From Lama glama (taxonomy: Eukaryota), in contig CM052816.1 of NCBI GenBank assembly GCA_028534125.1, forward strand, positions 4,838,001-4,902,000: a stretch of 64,000 nt of DNA, written 5' to 3'. The position numbers were made by a program, and so were the translations under genes. Every line of letters begins with the position of its first letter. Within the stretch, counting starts at the first letter, position 1. Under the pieces are notes generated by a model. The model searched no databases and had not been told where the DNA came from. It saw only the letters and a list, made by a program, of their open reading frames with translations. Of this stretch, positions 1-12,936 are shown one piece after another.

Positions 1-734
1 CCCCAGACCTGGTTCCATAAAGAACAGGCCTCCCTCTGTGAGCTCAGGGACAAGAGCTCGTTAAATGGAAGATTATGGCTCTCAGCAGAACTAGCGTGTG
101 ACGGTCTGTACAGCACTCCTCCACTTATTAATCAATCATTCATAACCTAGTTTGTGTTGAGATAGTCTCAGAGGCTGTTATGCTTATTATGAGGAATCAG
201 GGATGCCTGGTAGCTGTCACATTGGGTTCTGATGACCCCATCTGGGGGCCGAATCCCTATTGTAACTGTCACATTTGCTTTAGGAACATGCTATTTGTAG
301 CATCATCTGATTTCCCAAGAACAGAAGCATTTACTCTTCGTGCTAAAAACTGTAATGGATCTCTGCAGAGAGGTGAGGGCAGAGAAGGACCAGGTATAAG
401 AGTGAGAAAGTAAGAGAAAATTAAGAGTAACAGAGAATTCAAACTGTGGTCATTTAGGCTCTTAGGCTCTGGAAATAATGAAAGCCATCTTTATCTTCTT
501 TCTTCAACACTTCCTGATTAGACCAGACTCTCATTATGGAAAGTTTATGCAGACACTGTTGGCCACCTACCCAAATCCATTCTTCCCTGAGGCCATTCCA
601 CGACTGCAGAGCCCCAGGTTGAAGAGCAGTTATCTGCCTACTTCCATGAGACGGTATTTTCAAGGAAAGTCATCCTATCCTCAGCCCGGGGCGGGAAGGG
701 TATCCTGATTAGGCTAAGCTGAAAAAAAAAAAAA

Positions 735-1070
735 CTTAGAATTCTATACCCAGTGCAGATATCTTTTGGAAAGAAAGGTAAAATACTTTTTAAGATGTAA
801 AGAAAAAAAAGCTGAAAGAATCCATCGCCAGCAGCCACACACTGTAAGACGTGTAAAAGGAAGTCCATCAAGCAGAAGGAAAATGGCACCAGACAAAAAT
901 CATGATCTACACAAAGGAATGCAAAGCACTGGACATGGTAAATATGTGGGTAAATAAACAGTCATTTGTTCTTATTTTTAAATCACTTCAAAATGTTTAA
1001 AGAATAAAAATAAAATATGAGGAGGTATTTTACTATAAAAGTATTATATAAACTATATGATGGCAATACA
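735..1070 (+). mobile_element. Ancient L1 (L1M-type) fragment, end of ORF1 and inter-ORF region
   Basis: agaattctatacccag...gctgaaagaatccatcgccagcag...gatctacacaaaggaatg...ggtaaatatgtgggtaaata resembles the L1M ORF1 3' end. Confidence 0.75.
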
Positions 1071-3262
1071 AAAATACTTTCATGATCAAGCAATTGAAAA
1101 GACACATTAAAAAGCAAATGCATTCAGTAATAATTTTCAACGGATGTTTTTTAACTTTAATCAAACCATCTACACATGCTTAGAAATAGTCATGCACGTG
1201 TGTGTAAGTACATTTATGTAAATTGCTTATTCTTAGTGAACATATGGATTTGTGGACCTCTTGCAACAACCCCCAGCCCAGGGTGTTCTACCAGCTGCAG
1301 ACAGGGAATCAGAGGACTAAGATTTTTTCATAAATCGGACAAGAATCCTGTGGCAGTATAAACACTGACACGTTCCTGCTTGTTAGCACTTTGATAACAG
1401 TCTACTTTATATATTTGGGTTTTTTAAATCTACATTATCATCATACCCACTATACCATAAAGCAGAGTCTTCCACACAACAGGCAGCCGGTAAATCGCTG
1501 TCCAGTGAATAAATGGCATCTCCAATATCACTAATATATGGTGATTATTTTCTGATGTTTACTAAAGAAGTGTTAAGTCCTGATTCACAAGTGGCAGGAC
1601 CAATATCTAAACTTGAATTTCTCTTCTCGGTTATCTCTGCCTTTCCACTGCGCTTCTTCAAGTTCACGCCAGTGTCTCCAGCGACACCAGCCACATTCCC
1701 TGAGGCTACACAGCCCTGGCAGAACCCACCACAACAAATCAATCTTCAGAGCTGGACTCAAGAGGATAAATTTAAATCACAAAAGAGTGCACGTCAGAGT
1801 TGCAATTATGATCAGTGAAGCAGACCCCAGTATGTTGTGCATAATTAAAGTGACTGTCAGATTGCTCAGTATATATCAGCTTGGAAAAACATCTCTTTCT
1901 ATATGAGAATAAAAATGAGACATGAGGAGACTGTTGTACCTAAATGAAAACTTAACTTTGAAATAACTTTACCACTTCCATACCCTGGTGATGAAGACTG
2001 TACCTGTCCATCTGATGCCTTTGGCCTTGACATGTTGAAGGTATTAGAACCACTAAGGTCATAAACCACCCAAAGGGTCTAAGATTATGGCCTGGTCAGA
2101 ACTCACATCGTCAGACTTCCTTAAAACCCAAAGGGGGTTAAAAAAGATTTTGCTTTTTCTCTAGGAAGTTCCTGATGCTTGCAATTTAGAACACACCTGC
2201 AACAAACAATGGAGTCCCATCCAAGCTTGATCTCATACACACCTATTTTACTTACTGCACATCAACTTTCCTCAGCGGCACCCCATTCATCCCCACCCCT
2301 TGGCCAGAACTAAAGAAATTCTCCCATCATTTGCTCAGTCAGCTGTATGGGAACGAAGAAATATGGTCCATACTCTGTTTAAAACGTTGGCTGAGGCAGA
2401 GTGGGAACAGTCAGTGAGCCTCGTTTTCTTAATTTCATATTTGATTGAACATTATTAAAAGAACTGTTAAAGTTATGAAGTTTCATGCTCATATTAGGTT
2501 TAAGAGGAGGTGGCTAAGGACACACAGAAAGAGTTATTTTCTGCTGCTTCTTTTCTTAGTAATAACACTTAGCACTCAGATATTGCTTTTCATCTCCATC
2601 ACCCTTTACAAACATTAACTGTATAATTTCACTACATTAACTGCAAAGAGAGAGTCAGAAATGGCCCTATAATCTTGTAGTCACTTTGGAGCATTCACTG
2701 TCTCTTAAAATGATGTACTACACTCCAGGGTCTATGTTTTAACCTGGTTTAAGACAGGAAGGTAAGAAAAAAGGGAAGGAGAAAAAAAAAAGATCATATT
2801 CTGAAATAACAGAGAGCTCAGAAGCCTACCAAGGATTCTAGTAAAATATCCTGTTGATTCAGAACACAGAAGTGAAACAGTGAGGTGAGTAACATAACTA
2901 AACTTTGAATAGTATTGTTATGCTTAGCATATTACAGTTTGTTTTAAAAAGAAAGAAAACAGGAAAGGTTTTGAATCCCTCCCAGCAAAGAAAAAGATCC
3001 TCCAAATTAAAAATATTAATATATTTTTGAGTATAGTCAGTATATAGATTTAACATAAACAAAAAGGCATACTATCTGTTGTCATTGTTGGCAATAATGT
3101 CACAGCTCACCTCCACCTTGAGTCATTTTTTTAGGGCAAGCCTCTCCAAGTAATAAAAATAGCTACCATTTGTTAAATACATACTACATATGAGGCACCA
3201 TGATACGTGCTTCAAATACACTGATTCAACTCAGCTTCCCTACATGAAAAATTTATCCAGGG

Positions 3263-3490
3263 CAGGAATCAGCAAACTACAGTATTTGGTCTAAATCCAA
3301 ATACTAATTTTGCAAATGAGGCTTTACTGGAACGTATTCAGGTCAGTTCATTTACAAATTGTCTATGACTGTTTTCCTCCTATGAGGGTGGAGCTGAGAC
3401 ACTGCATAATTGTGGCAAAAACCACATGGCCCACAAAGCTTTAAATATGTACTATCTTTTCTTTTACAGGAAAAAGTTTGCCATCCTCTG
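3263..3490 (+). mobile_element. MER58A-like hAT-Charlie non-autonomous DNA transposon
   Basis: Termini caggaatcagcaaact...aaagtttgccatcctctg and internal catggcccacaaagc match MER58A; degenerate 8-bp flanks atccaggg/atctagaa. Confidence 0.85.
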
Positions 3491-4929
3491 ATCTAGAAGA
3501 TGGCCTCAAAAGACCTTCAAATACTAACATCCTCTGCCTCTGCCTCTGGGTATTGAGAAATGTTTCTCTGTTTTCCCCACTAGCCCACTAGTTGCATCAA
3601 AAAGCAAAAGCAGTGTATCAGTCTATGATTTGTTATGTAGGCTTCTACGTCAGTGTCAGTTCCTTAGGAAAATATTCTCTGTGTTTCTAGTTCTATCATA
3701 ATTCATGTACATCAGCCCATTGTTGAGAGCTTCAGTTAATCCAAGTGTAAACTGCACACTGTTGATAACACCCACATCAACTACTAAAAAGTGTAATTAT
3801 AAAACTTAAACTACACTAATAAAAAATCAAACTCTGTCATTTCTTCCCTTACTGTCTCAATTTATGGCTTCTTCTCCATTTTCTCTGCCATCACCATTGC
3901 CTGTTGCCACTTCACCTCACACTTGGACTATGACCTGAGCACCATTCAGCCCAATCCTAGGCATGAAGTAGGATCCTACACACCTGAAATCCAAGACTCG
4001 CCTTCTGAAAGAATCAGAGGTAAGGGAGGTAAGAATTTTTCTCAAATGTTTTCACTTATTTCCAGAATTAGAAACAATGAAGAACTGTCCCATTTTTTCA
4101 TATCCTCTCATATTCATGGCTGATTTTCACATAGGGTCTGAGAGGTGACAATTTGATAGAATGTATGATTGGGTAGGGAATTTACAAGGCTTTAAGTATT
4201 GTTTATCACCACAGTTGTTGTTTAGGACTGAGAATGCCACAAATTCACACATAATTGGATATCCTATTTAAGCTTATGTTCTACAAAGATCACTCTGAAG
4301 TAGCCAAAGCCACAGCACAGAGAGGATATGAGCACGTTGTGTTACGGACGGCTGTCATGTTAGAGTATGCACACAGTTTCAAAGATACATATTTTAGCCT
4401 CAGTGCTGGATTTTAGTACAGTTTAGTATAGTATTGTTTAGGGTTTTTTTTTTCCTATTTATCCTAAAATATTAATCATTTCTTCAACTGACTGAATCAC
4501 TAATTCCTCTAACCAATTTGTTAATAGTCTTCATTGGGTCCACTCTAAAATACTTTAAGACTGACCCAGTAATCACTTAGATTCCATTATTACAACTTAA
4601 GTGTTGTAAGAAAAAGAAGTAAAAGTATCACCTTTATCTCTTTCAGTATCAATTTTTGATACTATCATAAAAATATCATTTAAATACCACCTTTATCCAT
4701 CCAAGTAGAAGACTGATATTAGAAAGAAAGACTGTTAAAAAAGAAAAATCCAAATTTGGCTCATCTTGAAATTTCTGCTTGGAATTAAAGTTATTTTATT
4801 CTATGCTCATACTAATTCTATAGTAAATCATCTTGTGAGTCTCCAGAAGTATGCAAATGAACTGAAATACCTTCTTTAATGTAGTAGTTATATCCTCTGT
4901 CACACTGCTTGTGTGGATCTTCTTTGTTG

Positions 4930-6980
4930 TTGTGCCATCTGGTCCTGGGCTTTGCTTTGTTGGGAGGTTTGTGATTGCTGATCCAATCTCCTTGTTCATT
5001 ATTGGTCTGTTCAGATTTTCTATTTCTTCATCATTCAGCCTTGATAGGTTGTAAGTTTCTGAGAACTTATCCATTTCTTCTTAAATTGCCCAATTTGCTG
5101 GTGTATAATTGTTCACAGTAGTCTCCTATGATCCTTCATATTTCTGTGCTATCATGTTGTAATGTCTCTTCTTCCATTTATAATTTTATTTACTTAAGTC
5201 CTCCTCCTGTTTTTCTTTGCAAAGCTGGCTGATAGTTTTGCCAATTTTGTTTATCTATTCAAGAAACCACATCTTAGTTTTGTTGATTTTTTCTATCATT
5301 TTTCTTTTCTCTATTTTGTTTATTTCTGCTCGATTAATCTTTATAATTCCCTTCTGTTAACTTCAGGCTTAGCATATTCTTCTTTTTCTAGTCCTTTGAG
5401 GTGTAAAGTTTATTTATTTGAGATCTTTATTTTTTCTTAGTGCAAGCATTTATCATTATAAATTTTCCTCTCAGATTTGCTTCTGCTGCATCCTAGAAGT
5501 TCTGGTGTATTGTGTTTCCGTTTTTGTCTTAAGATACTTTATGATTTCTCTTTTGATTTCTTCTTTGACCAATTACTTTTTCAGGAGTATGTTCATTTCC
5601 ATGTATTTGTGAATTTTTCACTTTTCTTCCTGCTACTGACTTCTAGTTTCAGACCACTGTGGTCAGAAAAGATATTTGATATGATTTCTGTCTTCTTGAA
5701 CTTGCTAAGACTTATTTGGGGCCTAAAATGAAGAATACTCCATGTGCACTTGAGAAGAAAGTCTATTATGCTACTATTGAATGGGATGTTCCATAGATGT
5801 ATGGTGTTGTTCAAGCCACTGTTTCCTTATTAATTTTCTGTCTGGATGATTTTTCCATCATTGAGAGCGGGGTATTCGAGACCCCTGCTATTACTGTAAT
5901 GCTATTTATTTCTCCTTTCAAAATTCTGTTAATATTTGCTTTACATATAAAGGTGCTCTGATGTTGGGCATATAATTATTATATTCTCTTGATGAATTTA
6001 CCACATTATCATCATATAATGACTTCCTTTGTGTCTTGTGACAGTTTTTGACTTGAAGTCCATTTTGTCTGATGCTCTCTTGTTGGTTACCATTTACGTG
6101 GAGTATGTTTTTCCATCTCTTCACTTTCAGCTTGTATGTGTCCTTAAAACGAAAGCAAGCCTCCTGTTGGCAGCAGAGAGTTAGACCTTGTGGTTTTCAG
6201 TCCACTCAGTCCCTCTAAGCTTTTTGATTAGAGAACGCATTTACCTTTAAGGCAATTATTGATAATAAGGACCTTCGTTGCCATTTCATTGATTGTTTTC
6301 TGACTGTTTTGTAGTTTCTCTGCTCCTCTATTCTTCTCTGGCTGTCATCCTTTGTGATCTGATGACGTTTGGTGGTAGTATGCTTACATAAAACATCTTA
6401 TAGTTATAGCAGTCTATTTTATGCTCATAACTAATCTTGATCACATGCAAAAACCTCACTCTTTTACCCCACCCATATTTCATGTTTTTGATGTCATACT
6501 TTACCTCTTTTTATACTGTGTACCCATTAAAAATTATTGTAGTTGTAGTTATTTTAACATATTTATCTTTTAACTTTCACACTAAAGTTAAAATTGATGT
6601 ACACACCACCATTACAATAATAAAGAATTCTGAATTTGACTATGAATTTGACATTTACTGGTGCATTTTATGTTTTCATATGTTTTTATTTTGTTATTAG
6701 CATCCTTTCCTTTCAGCTTATATATCTCAATTTAGTATTTCTTGTAGGGGCACGTCCAGTGGTGATAAATCCCATCAGCTTTTGTTTGTTTGGGAAAGTC
6801 TTTGTCTCTCCTCCATTTCTGGACAGTGTTGCTACATGTAGGATTCTTGATTGGAAGGTTTTTTTCTTTCAGTATTTTGAATATATCATCCCACTCTCTC
6901 CTGGCCTGCAAGGTCTCTGCTGAGAAATCCACTAATAGTTGATAGGGGTTCCCTTATGACAAGTCTCTTTCCTCTTAGTA
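4930..6980 (-). mobile_element. Decayed L1: ORF1 C-terminus plus ORF2 endonuclease region
   Basis: ORF-track peptides MDKFSETYNLSRLNDEEIENLNRPI...SPGPDG and MKRWKNILHVNGNQ (ORF2), and DFSAETLQARREWDDIFKILKEK (ORF1); many stops and frameshifts. Confidence 0.95.
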
Positions 6981-6982
6981 CT

Positions 6983-8030
6983 TTTTTAAATTGACTAATA
7001 CTTGACTTACAGTATTACATTAGTTTCAGATGTACAACATAGTAATTTGATTATTTTTATAGATTATACTCCAAACAACATTATTATAAAATATTTACAG
7101 TATTCCTGTGCTGTACCTTACACATCCTTGTAACTTACTTACTTTATACCTAGTAGTTTATACCCTCTAATCCTCTTTACCTATGTGCCCATCTCCCAGA
7201 CTCTCTCCCCTCTGGTAACTACTAGTTTGTTCTCTGTATCTGTGTGTCTGTTTCTCTTTGGTATAATCTGTCATCTGTTTTATTTTTTTAGATTTCATAT
7301 ATCAGTGAAACACAGAGTATTTGTCTTTCTCTGTCTGACTTATTTCACTAAGCATTATATCCTCCAGGTCCAACTACAGCGTCACATATGGCAAAGTTTC
7401 ATTCTTTATTGTGGCTGAGTAATAGTCCATCATGTGTGTGTATATATATGCACCACATCTTCTTTACCTATTCATCTGTTGATGGACACAGGCTGCTTCC
7501 ATACCTTGGCTATTGCAGATAATGCTTCTATGAACATTGAGGTGCAAATGTCTTTCTGAATTAGTGGTTTTTTTCCTTTGGATAAATACCTGGGAGTAGA
7601 ATTGTTGAATCACATGCTAGTTCTATTTTTAGTTTTCTGAAGAACCTCCATCCTGTTTTCCATAGTGCCTATTCCAAGTTACATCCCCACCAAGAAAGCA
7701 CAAGGGTTCCCTTTTCTCTACATTTTTGCCAATGCTTGTTATGTAGACTTTTATGATAGTCATTCTGACAAGTGTGATGTGATACCTCATTGTGGTTTTG
7801 ATTTGCATTTCCCTGATGATTAGTGATGTTGAGCATCCTTTCATGTGCCTGTTGGTCACCTGTATGTCTTCTTCAGAAAAAAGTCTATTAGGATTCTCTG
7901 CCCATTTTTCAACTGGGTTGCTTGATTTTGGGGTATTGAATTGCATGAGTTTATAATATATTTTGGATATTAACCCTTCATTAGATATATTGTTTGCAAA
8001 TATCTTCTTCCATTCATTAGGCTGTCTTTG
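6983..8030 (-). mobile_element. 5'-truncated younger L1 (ORF2 C-terminus plus 3' UTR) nested in the older L1
   Basis: Peptide [48 protein letters not shown]-rich tail and L1 3' UTR sequence at the left end. Confidence 0.93.
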
Positions 8031-8320
8031 CTTTGGTGTCTATGCATTTCAAGAAGTGGTCACCTCTTCCAGTCTTTACAAGTTTGCTTAGGCAGGGAAA
8101 CCCATCAGTCTGGGGTTCAGGATGGGCCACTGGTAGCATCTCTGAATGGACTGGCCTTGCTGATAGGGTCTCTGTTTGAGTAGGGCCACTTCCCATGCTC
8201 TGAGGCTAGCCTGGGTCACTGGCTGGATTCTACAGTTGGGCAAGTCTGCTCGCTGGGCTCCAGTCAGGCAGGGCCACTGGCTGGGCTCCGTGGTTGAGCA
8301 GGGCTGCATTAGCGGCAAGT
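8031..8320 (-). mobile_element. Probable L1M 5' region (ORF1 start/5' UTR), continuation of the 4930-6980 element
   Basis: tttggtgtctatgcatttcaagaagtggtcacctcttccagtctttac followed by GC-rich subrepeats typical of antisense L1M 5' ends. Confidence 0.6.
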
Positions 8321-10889
8321 TAAAACTCCTTGTTCTTCTGGTGATAGAATAAGATTAAAGCCAGAAGGGCACTGATAAAGGGTACAGTGGGAAGAGGCAT
8401 TCTTGTACTCTTTTTATGTAAACCTTGTTTAGAATGTAATCATAAGAACTAGTTTGTTGAAATATCAATTACTCAGCTACATGTTTTACATACATTATCT
8501 CATTTAATCCTCTCCAGAGCCCTAGGGGGTAGGAACTGTCACCGCCACATTTCCACACAAGGGAACTTAGATAGAAGTACAGATGGAAGTGGAGACCTGG
8601 GACTTACACAGTGGTCTGAATGGTCCTTTAAACTGGGTTTGAGACTTTCTTAGTTTTTTTTTTTTTCCCCAATTATTTTTGAGACTTTCTTAGTTTTGAT
8701 TCCCATGACATGTCCCAATAAAGCGTAAGAAGCAGAAGGTCAGATCAGCGTATGTCCTTTTTGCGTTCCTACAGAACTCTAAAGCTCTCTATTTAAAATA
8801 GGTTCCTGGAATTAGTGAAAACACATATTTTACAAAAAAAAAAAGTGAGTAATTACTGATACTTGGCTTTTAAAAGTTAGCAGAGATCGGAGACAAGCAT
8901 ATAACACATTTCTCTCGCCCCTCAGCTGTTGTGTTAGAATCCCTAGGACCCAGCCACACCAAGCTTCAGGAACACGTATATGTAAGCCAAATTCACACAG
9001 ACTGAACTAAACCTATCTTCCTGACAAAGGCCTTGAGGGATGTGGTGAAGGGAGAAAGAGCACAGTTCCTGGGCCTTTGGTTATGCAAAGAAAACTCAGA
9101 GCCAAGTTCAGAAGCATAATAACCGCTCTGCATGATAAAGTGAAAGAAATTTTTTTAGAGAAAAGTGGTGGAGAGAAATTGGTGAAGGGGCTGGAACCAC
9201 TGTGGATACATGTGGCTTAGGGAATATTCCTCAGGAACAGGCATGTCTAATATTCACATACAAATCACACATAGTGCTACAGTATTCAATTTTTCCACCT
9301 CCCCAGTTCTTCAGGAAAGTTATCTTGAGCCCACTGAACCACTGAATCACTTTTCCTTCCTTAGAAAAAAGTGAAGAGATCGGAAGAAAGAACATAAACA
9401 GCCTTCCTAATTCTTTCAAAATGGTGGGACTTCCTGTTTTATAGGCCAGAAGAAACGCAGGGAGAGGACAAGGATTGTCATCACAGAAGCAAGGAAAGAA
9501 AAACACCCTGGCTACCACTTAAGAAAGCTTGCAATCCTATGCCACTGTTTTTTGTGGGTTTTTTTTTTTCATTTCTATATAGGAAATCACTGCCTATAGA
9601 AAAAATAAAGAAGTATGTTCCTTGAACCTTCTAGAACCTGACTAACCAGTCCATAGCTCTGACTTTGTTCTACCATTTATCTCCCTGAGAGGGCCCAGAG
9701 AGCAAGGAGCTCAGCCAGTAGACACCAGAGTTAAACTCTGGTGAACTTTTCAGTCCACATTTTCCATATGCCCACCCCCCTAATCTGATTTAGCAACAGC
9801 ATTCGTACGGAGCATGATTCTTTTGAACTTATTTACAAGCTTTATCATTATATTTGCCCACATTATGCAAGCAGTTTGCAATCACCCCTAATTCTCTGAC
9901 TTTAATTATATAATTGAACAAGCCCAAAACTCATTTTTCCCGGGAAACATTAAACATTACCATCTTAATGAAATTCTTAATGAAACGGTCCACTATGCAT
10001 GCAAATGACCAGTGGTAGCTGGGCCCCTAGCTTATCACTGGGCAAGGCAGTAGGACAAACGCTCTTGCTTTTGTCAGTCACTGGCAGTGGCAGTCCTCAC
10101 CCACACTTCTGGACGGAGTGATAATTCCACACGGCCAGAAGATGGGTTTCTGCGAGACACATGGATATAATTAAGATGGGACAGAAAGAATTTAAATGAA
10201 GCAGGAATCGATCTTAACCTATATAAATCAAAATTTATTTCCAAGCTGAAAGAGTGCACTTAAACTTTTCTTTCCAATTAAAAAAAAAGTTATCAGCTGT
10301 CCCTCTTTTCTCCAGAGACTAGAGGTCTGAGAGATAAAACAGTTCTCTTCTCAATTAACTTTTCAAGACTGAAAACAGGAAATGGCCCAAATATAAGAAA
10401 CTTAAGGGACCTGTGAAGTTTTCAGCACAGGTGATGGGTGCCTCCTCAAGTATCTGTTCCTTCCCAACTGCATTTTACAAGGGCCCTTGTTGCATAAAAA
10501 TTAAATCTTATATACGCCACGCACTGTCCTCATGCCAAAGTCACTGGCTACCAAAAGCAAAAATGCAGGGAAAGCAGATGTGTCCACACATTTGTTCAAA
10601 CAGCATGGACATCGATGTCCTGGGCCAAGAAGACCCCAAATTATTTAATAATAGCTACTACATATATAACAAATTACCAGTTCCCAAACCTTGTTAAATC
10701 TCTGCATTGCCAGAAACGTGTCAAGACGCCCAAAAAGTCCAACACACAACCATACCCTAAACATTTACGGCACCTTAGAGAATTTAATTGCTGCACCTGC
10801 TGAGCTGAGTAACTGTTCTTTCCCATCCTCTCAAGTTCTCGTGTTTCCATAGAAGGAATGAAAGGCAAAGGAAAGTTAAGCTTGTGAAT

Positions 10890-11395
10890 CTTTCAATAGC
10901 TTTATTGGAATATAATTCACAAGTCATACAGTTCACCCACTTAAAGTGTAGAATCAATGGTTCACAGCACATTACATTGTTAATATTTTAATTGTGGAAA
11001 AATGTTTCACAAAATCTGCCATTTTCAGATGTACAGTTTAGTAGCACTCATCACATTCAAAGTTTGTGCAACCATCACCATTATCTATTTCCAAAACTTT
11101 TTCATCACTCCCAACAGAAACTCTATCACCATTAAGTAATAACTCTCCATTCCTTCTCCCCTCAGCCCCTAGAAACCTCTAATCTACTTTCTACCTCTAT
11201 GCATTTGCCTATTTTGGACGTTTCATTTAAGTGGAATCAATATTTCTCCATTTGGTCTGGCTCACTTCACTTAGCATGTTGTCTTCAAGGTTCATTCATG
11301 TGGTAGCATGTGTCGGACTTCATTACTTTCTATGGCTGAGTGATATACCATTATATGTACATACCACATTTTGTTTATCTGCTCATCTATAATCA
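10890..11395 (-). mobile_element. L1MB-type 3' end
   Basis: gtgcaaccatcacca...ccaaaactttttcatcactcccaacagaaactct...ctaatctactttct...tggctgagtgatataccatt is antisense L1 3' UTR. Confidence 0.85.
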
Positions 11396-11480
11396 TGTTG
11401 ATCATGGGTTTATTTTTTTTTAATAATTTGAGTGCAGAGAATTGAGAAATCTTGTACCTCAATTCATACCACACTCTTGT

Positions 11481-11604
11481 TGTTTTTTTGGGGGGGAGGT
11501 AATTTGTTTTATTTATTTATTTACTTTAATGGAGATACTGGGGATTGAACTCAGGACCTCATGCACGTGAGGCGTGTACTCTACCGCTGAGCTATACCCT
11601 CCCC
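11481..11604 (-). mobile_element. Camelid tRNA-derived SINE (Vic-1 type)
   Basis: Reverse strand GGGGAGGGTATAGCTCAGCGGTAGAG...GTCCTGAGTTCAATCCCCAGTATCTCC with Pol III A and B boxes, (AAAT)n, ATTACCTCCCCCCC and an A tail. Confidence 0.9.
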
Positions 11605-12110
11605 CTACAGCACATGCTTGTCATCAGTCAAGATGTGCCTTTCTCTTGGGTTTTATTAATTTCTTCATCCCCAGAAGTCCCTTCACGAACAGGCACACGT
11701 GCTAATGCGTTTGATGTAGATCCTTAATATATGTACCTAGGTTTGTAAAATATAGAATCATGTGTTGTTTTAATTTATATAAATGCATTTAATTTACATA
11801 AATCTCATTCTGTTTCTTCTTTACTCAACTCTGTTTTTCAGATATACAGTTATGACTATGTCTAGTTAACTGTTAATTATTTAATGAAGTATGACATAAA
11901 GAGATTAAGTGGTCTTATATTATTATATTTTCTCTATTGAGCAAGGTGACTCCCAGGACAATTTCTGTCCTTTTCTGTGAGCAGTGAACAAATCTCTTAA
12001 CCTCTCCATGTTTTAGTTTCTTCATCCATATAATGAGGAGGTTACACCAGATCAGAGATCCTTACAGGCAGTATGTATCAAATGACCTAGGAAACTTTTC
12101 CAAAATAATG

Positions 12111-12936
12111 TGCTCAGCTCAACATCACTAATCATCAAGGAAATGTATATCAATACCACAATGAGATATCACCTCACACCTGTCAGAACAGCTGTCATCA
12201 AAAAGAACACAGATAACAAATGCTGGCGAGGATGTGGAGAAAGGGGAACCCTCGTACACTGTTGGTGGGAATGTAAATTGGTGCAGCCACTATGGAAAAC
12301 AATACAGTAGTTTCAAAAAAAAAAAAACTAAAAATAGAACTACTGTATGATCCAGCAATTTCACTCCTGGGTATATGTCTGAAAAAAGAATTAAAACACT
12401 AATTCAAAAAGATACATACACCCCCAATGTTCACAGCAGCATTATTTACAATTGCCAAAATACGGAAGGAACCTAAGTATCCATCAACAGATACATGGAT
12501 AAGAAGATGCAGTATGTACACACAATGGAATACTACTCAGCCATAAAAAGAACAAAATTTTGCCAGTTGCAACAACATGGATTGGACTTGGAGGGCATTA
12601 TGCTACATGAAGTAAGTCAGACAAACTGATAAAGACAAACACTGTACTGTATCACTTACATGTGGAATCCAAAAAGTACAACAAATTTGTGCATAAAACA
12701 AAAAAAGAGGCAGACTCACAGAAGTAGAGAACAAACTAGTGGTCACCAGTAGGGATGGGGAGAGGGGCAATGTGGGGTGAGTGGGGGAGTGCAGGGCACA
12801 AACCACTGGGTGTAAAGACAGGCTTAAGGATGTGTTGTACAACATGAAAAAATAGTCAATATCTTGTAATAACTGTACATGCAAAGTAACCTTTAAAAAC
12901 TGTATAAAATTTTTTAATCAGTTAATTAGTTTAAAA
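12111..12936 (+). mobile_element. 5'-truncated L1 (ORF2 Cys-rich C-terminus plus 3' UTR) inserted in a MER5-like relic
   Basis: Peptide [52 protein letters not shown] caaaataatg at 12101-12110 and 12937-12946; MER5-like end gtgattctgatgtgcaccccttgttaagg near 13024. Confidence 0.93.

Noticed and set aside
478..708. 76-aa ORF that looks protein-like
   Set aside because: Overlaps what appears to be an old MLT1-type LTR fragment; no recognisable family.
11481..11604. tRNA-like sequence with A and B boxes (also 27200-27331)
   Set aside because: Followed by the SINE-specific AT-rich/C-rich tail; SINE copies, not tRNA genes.
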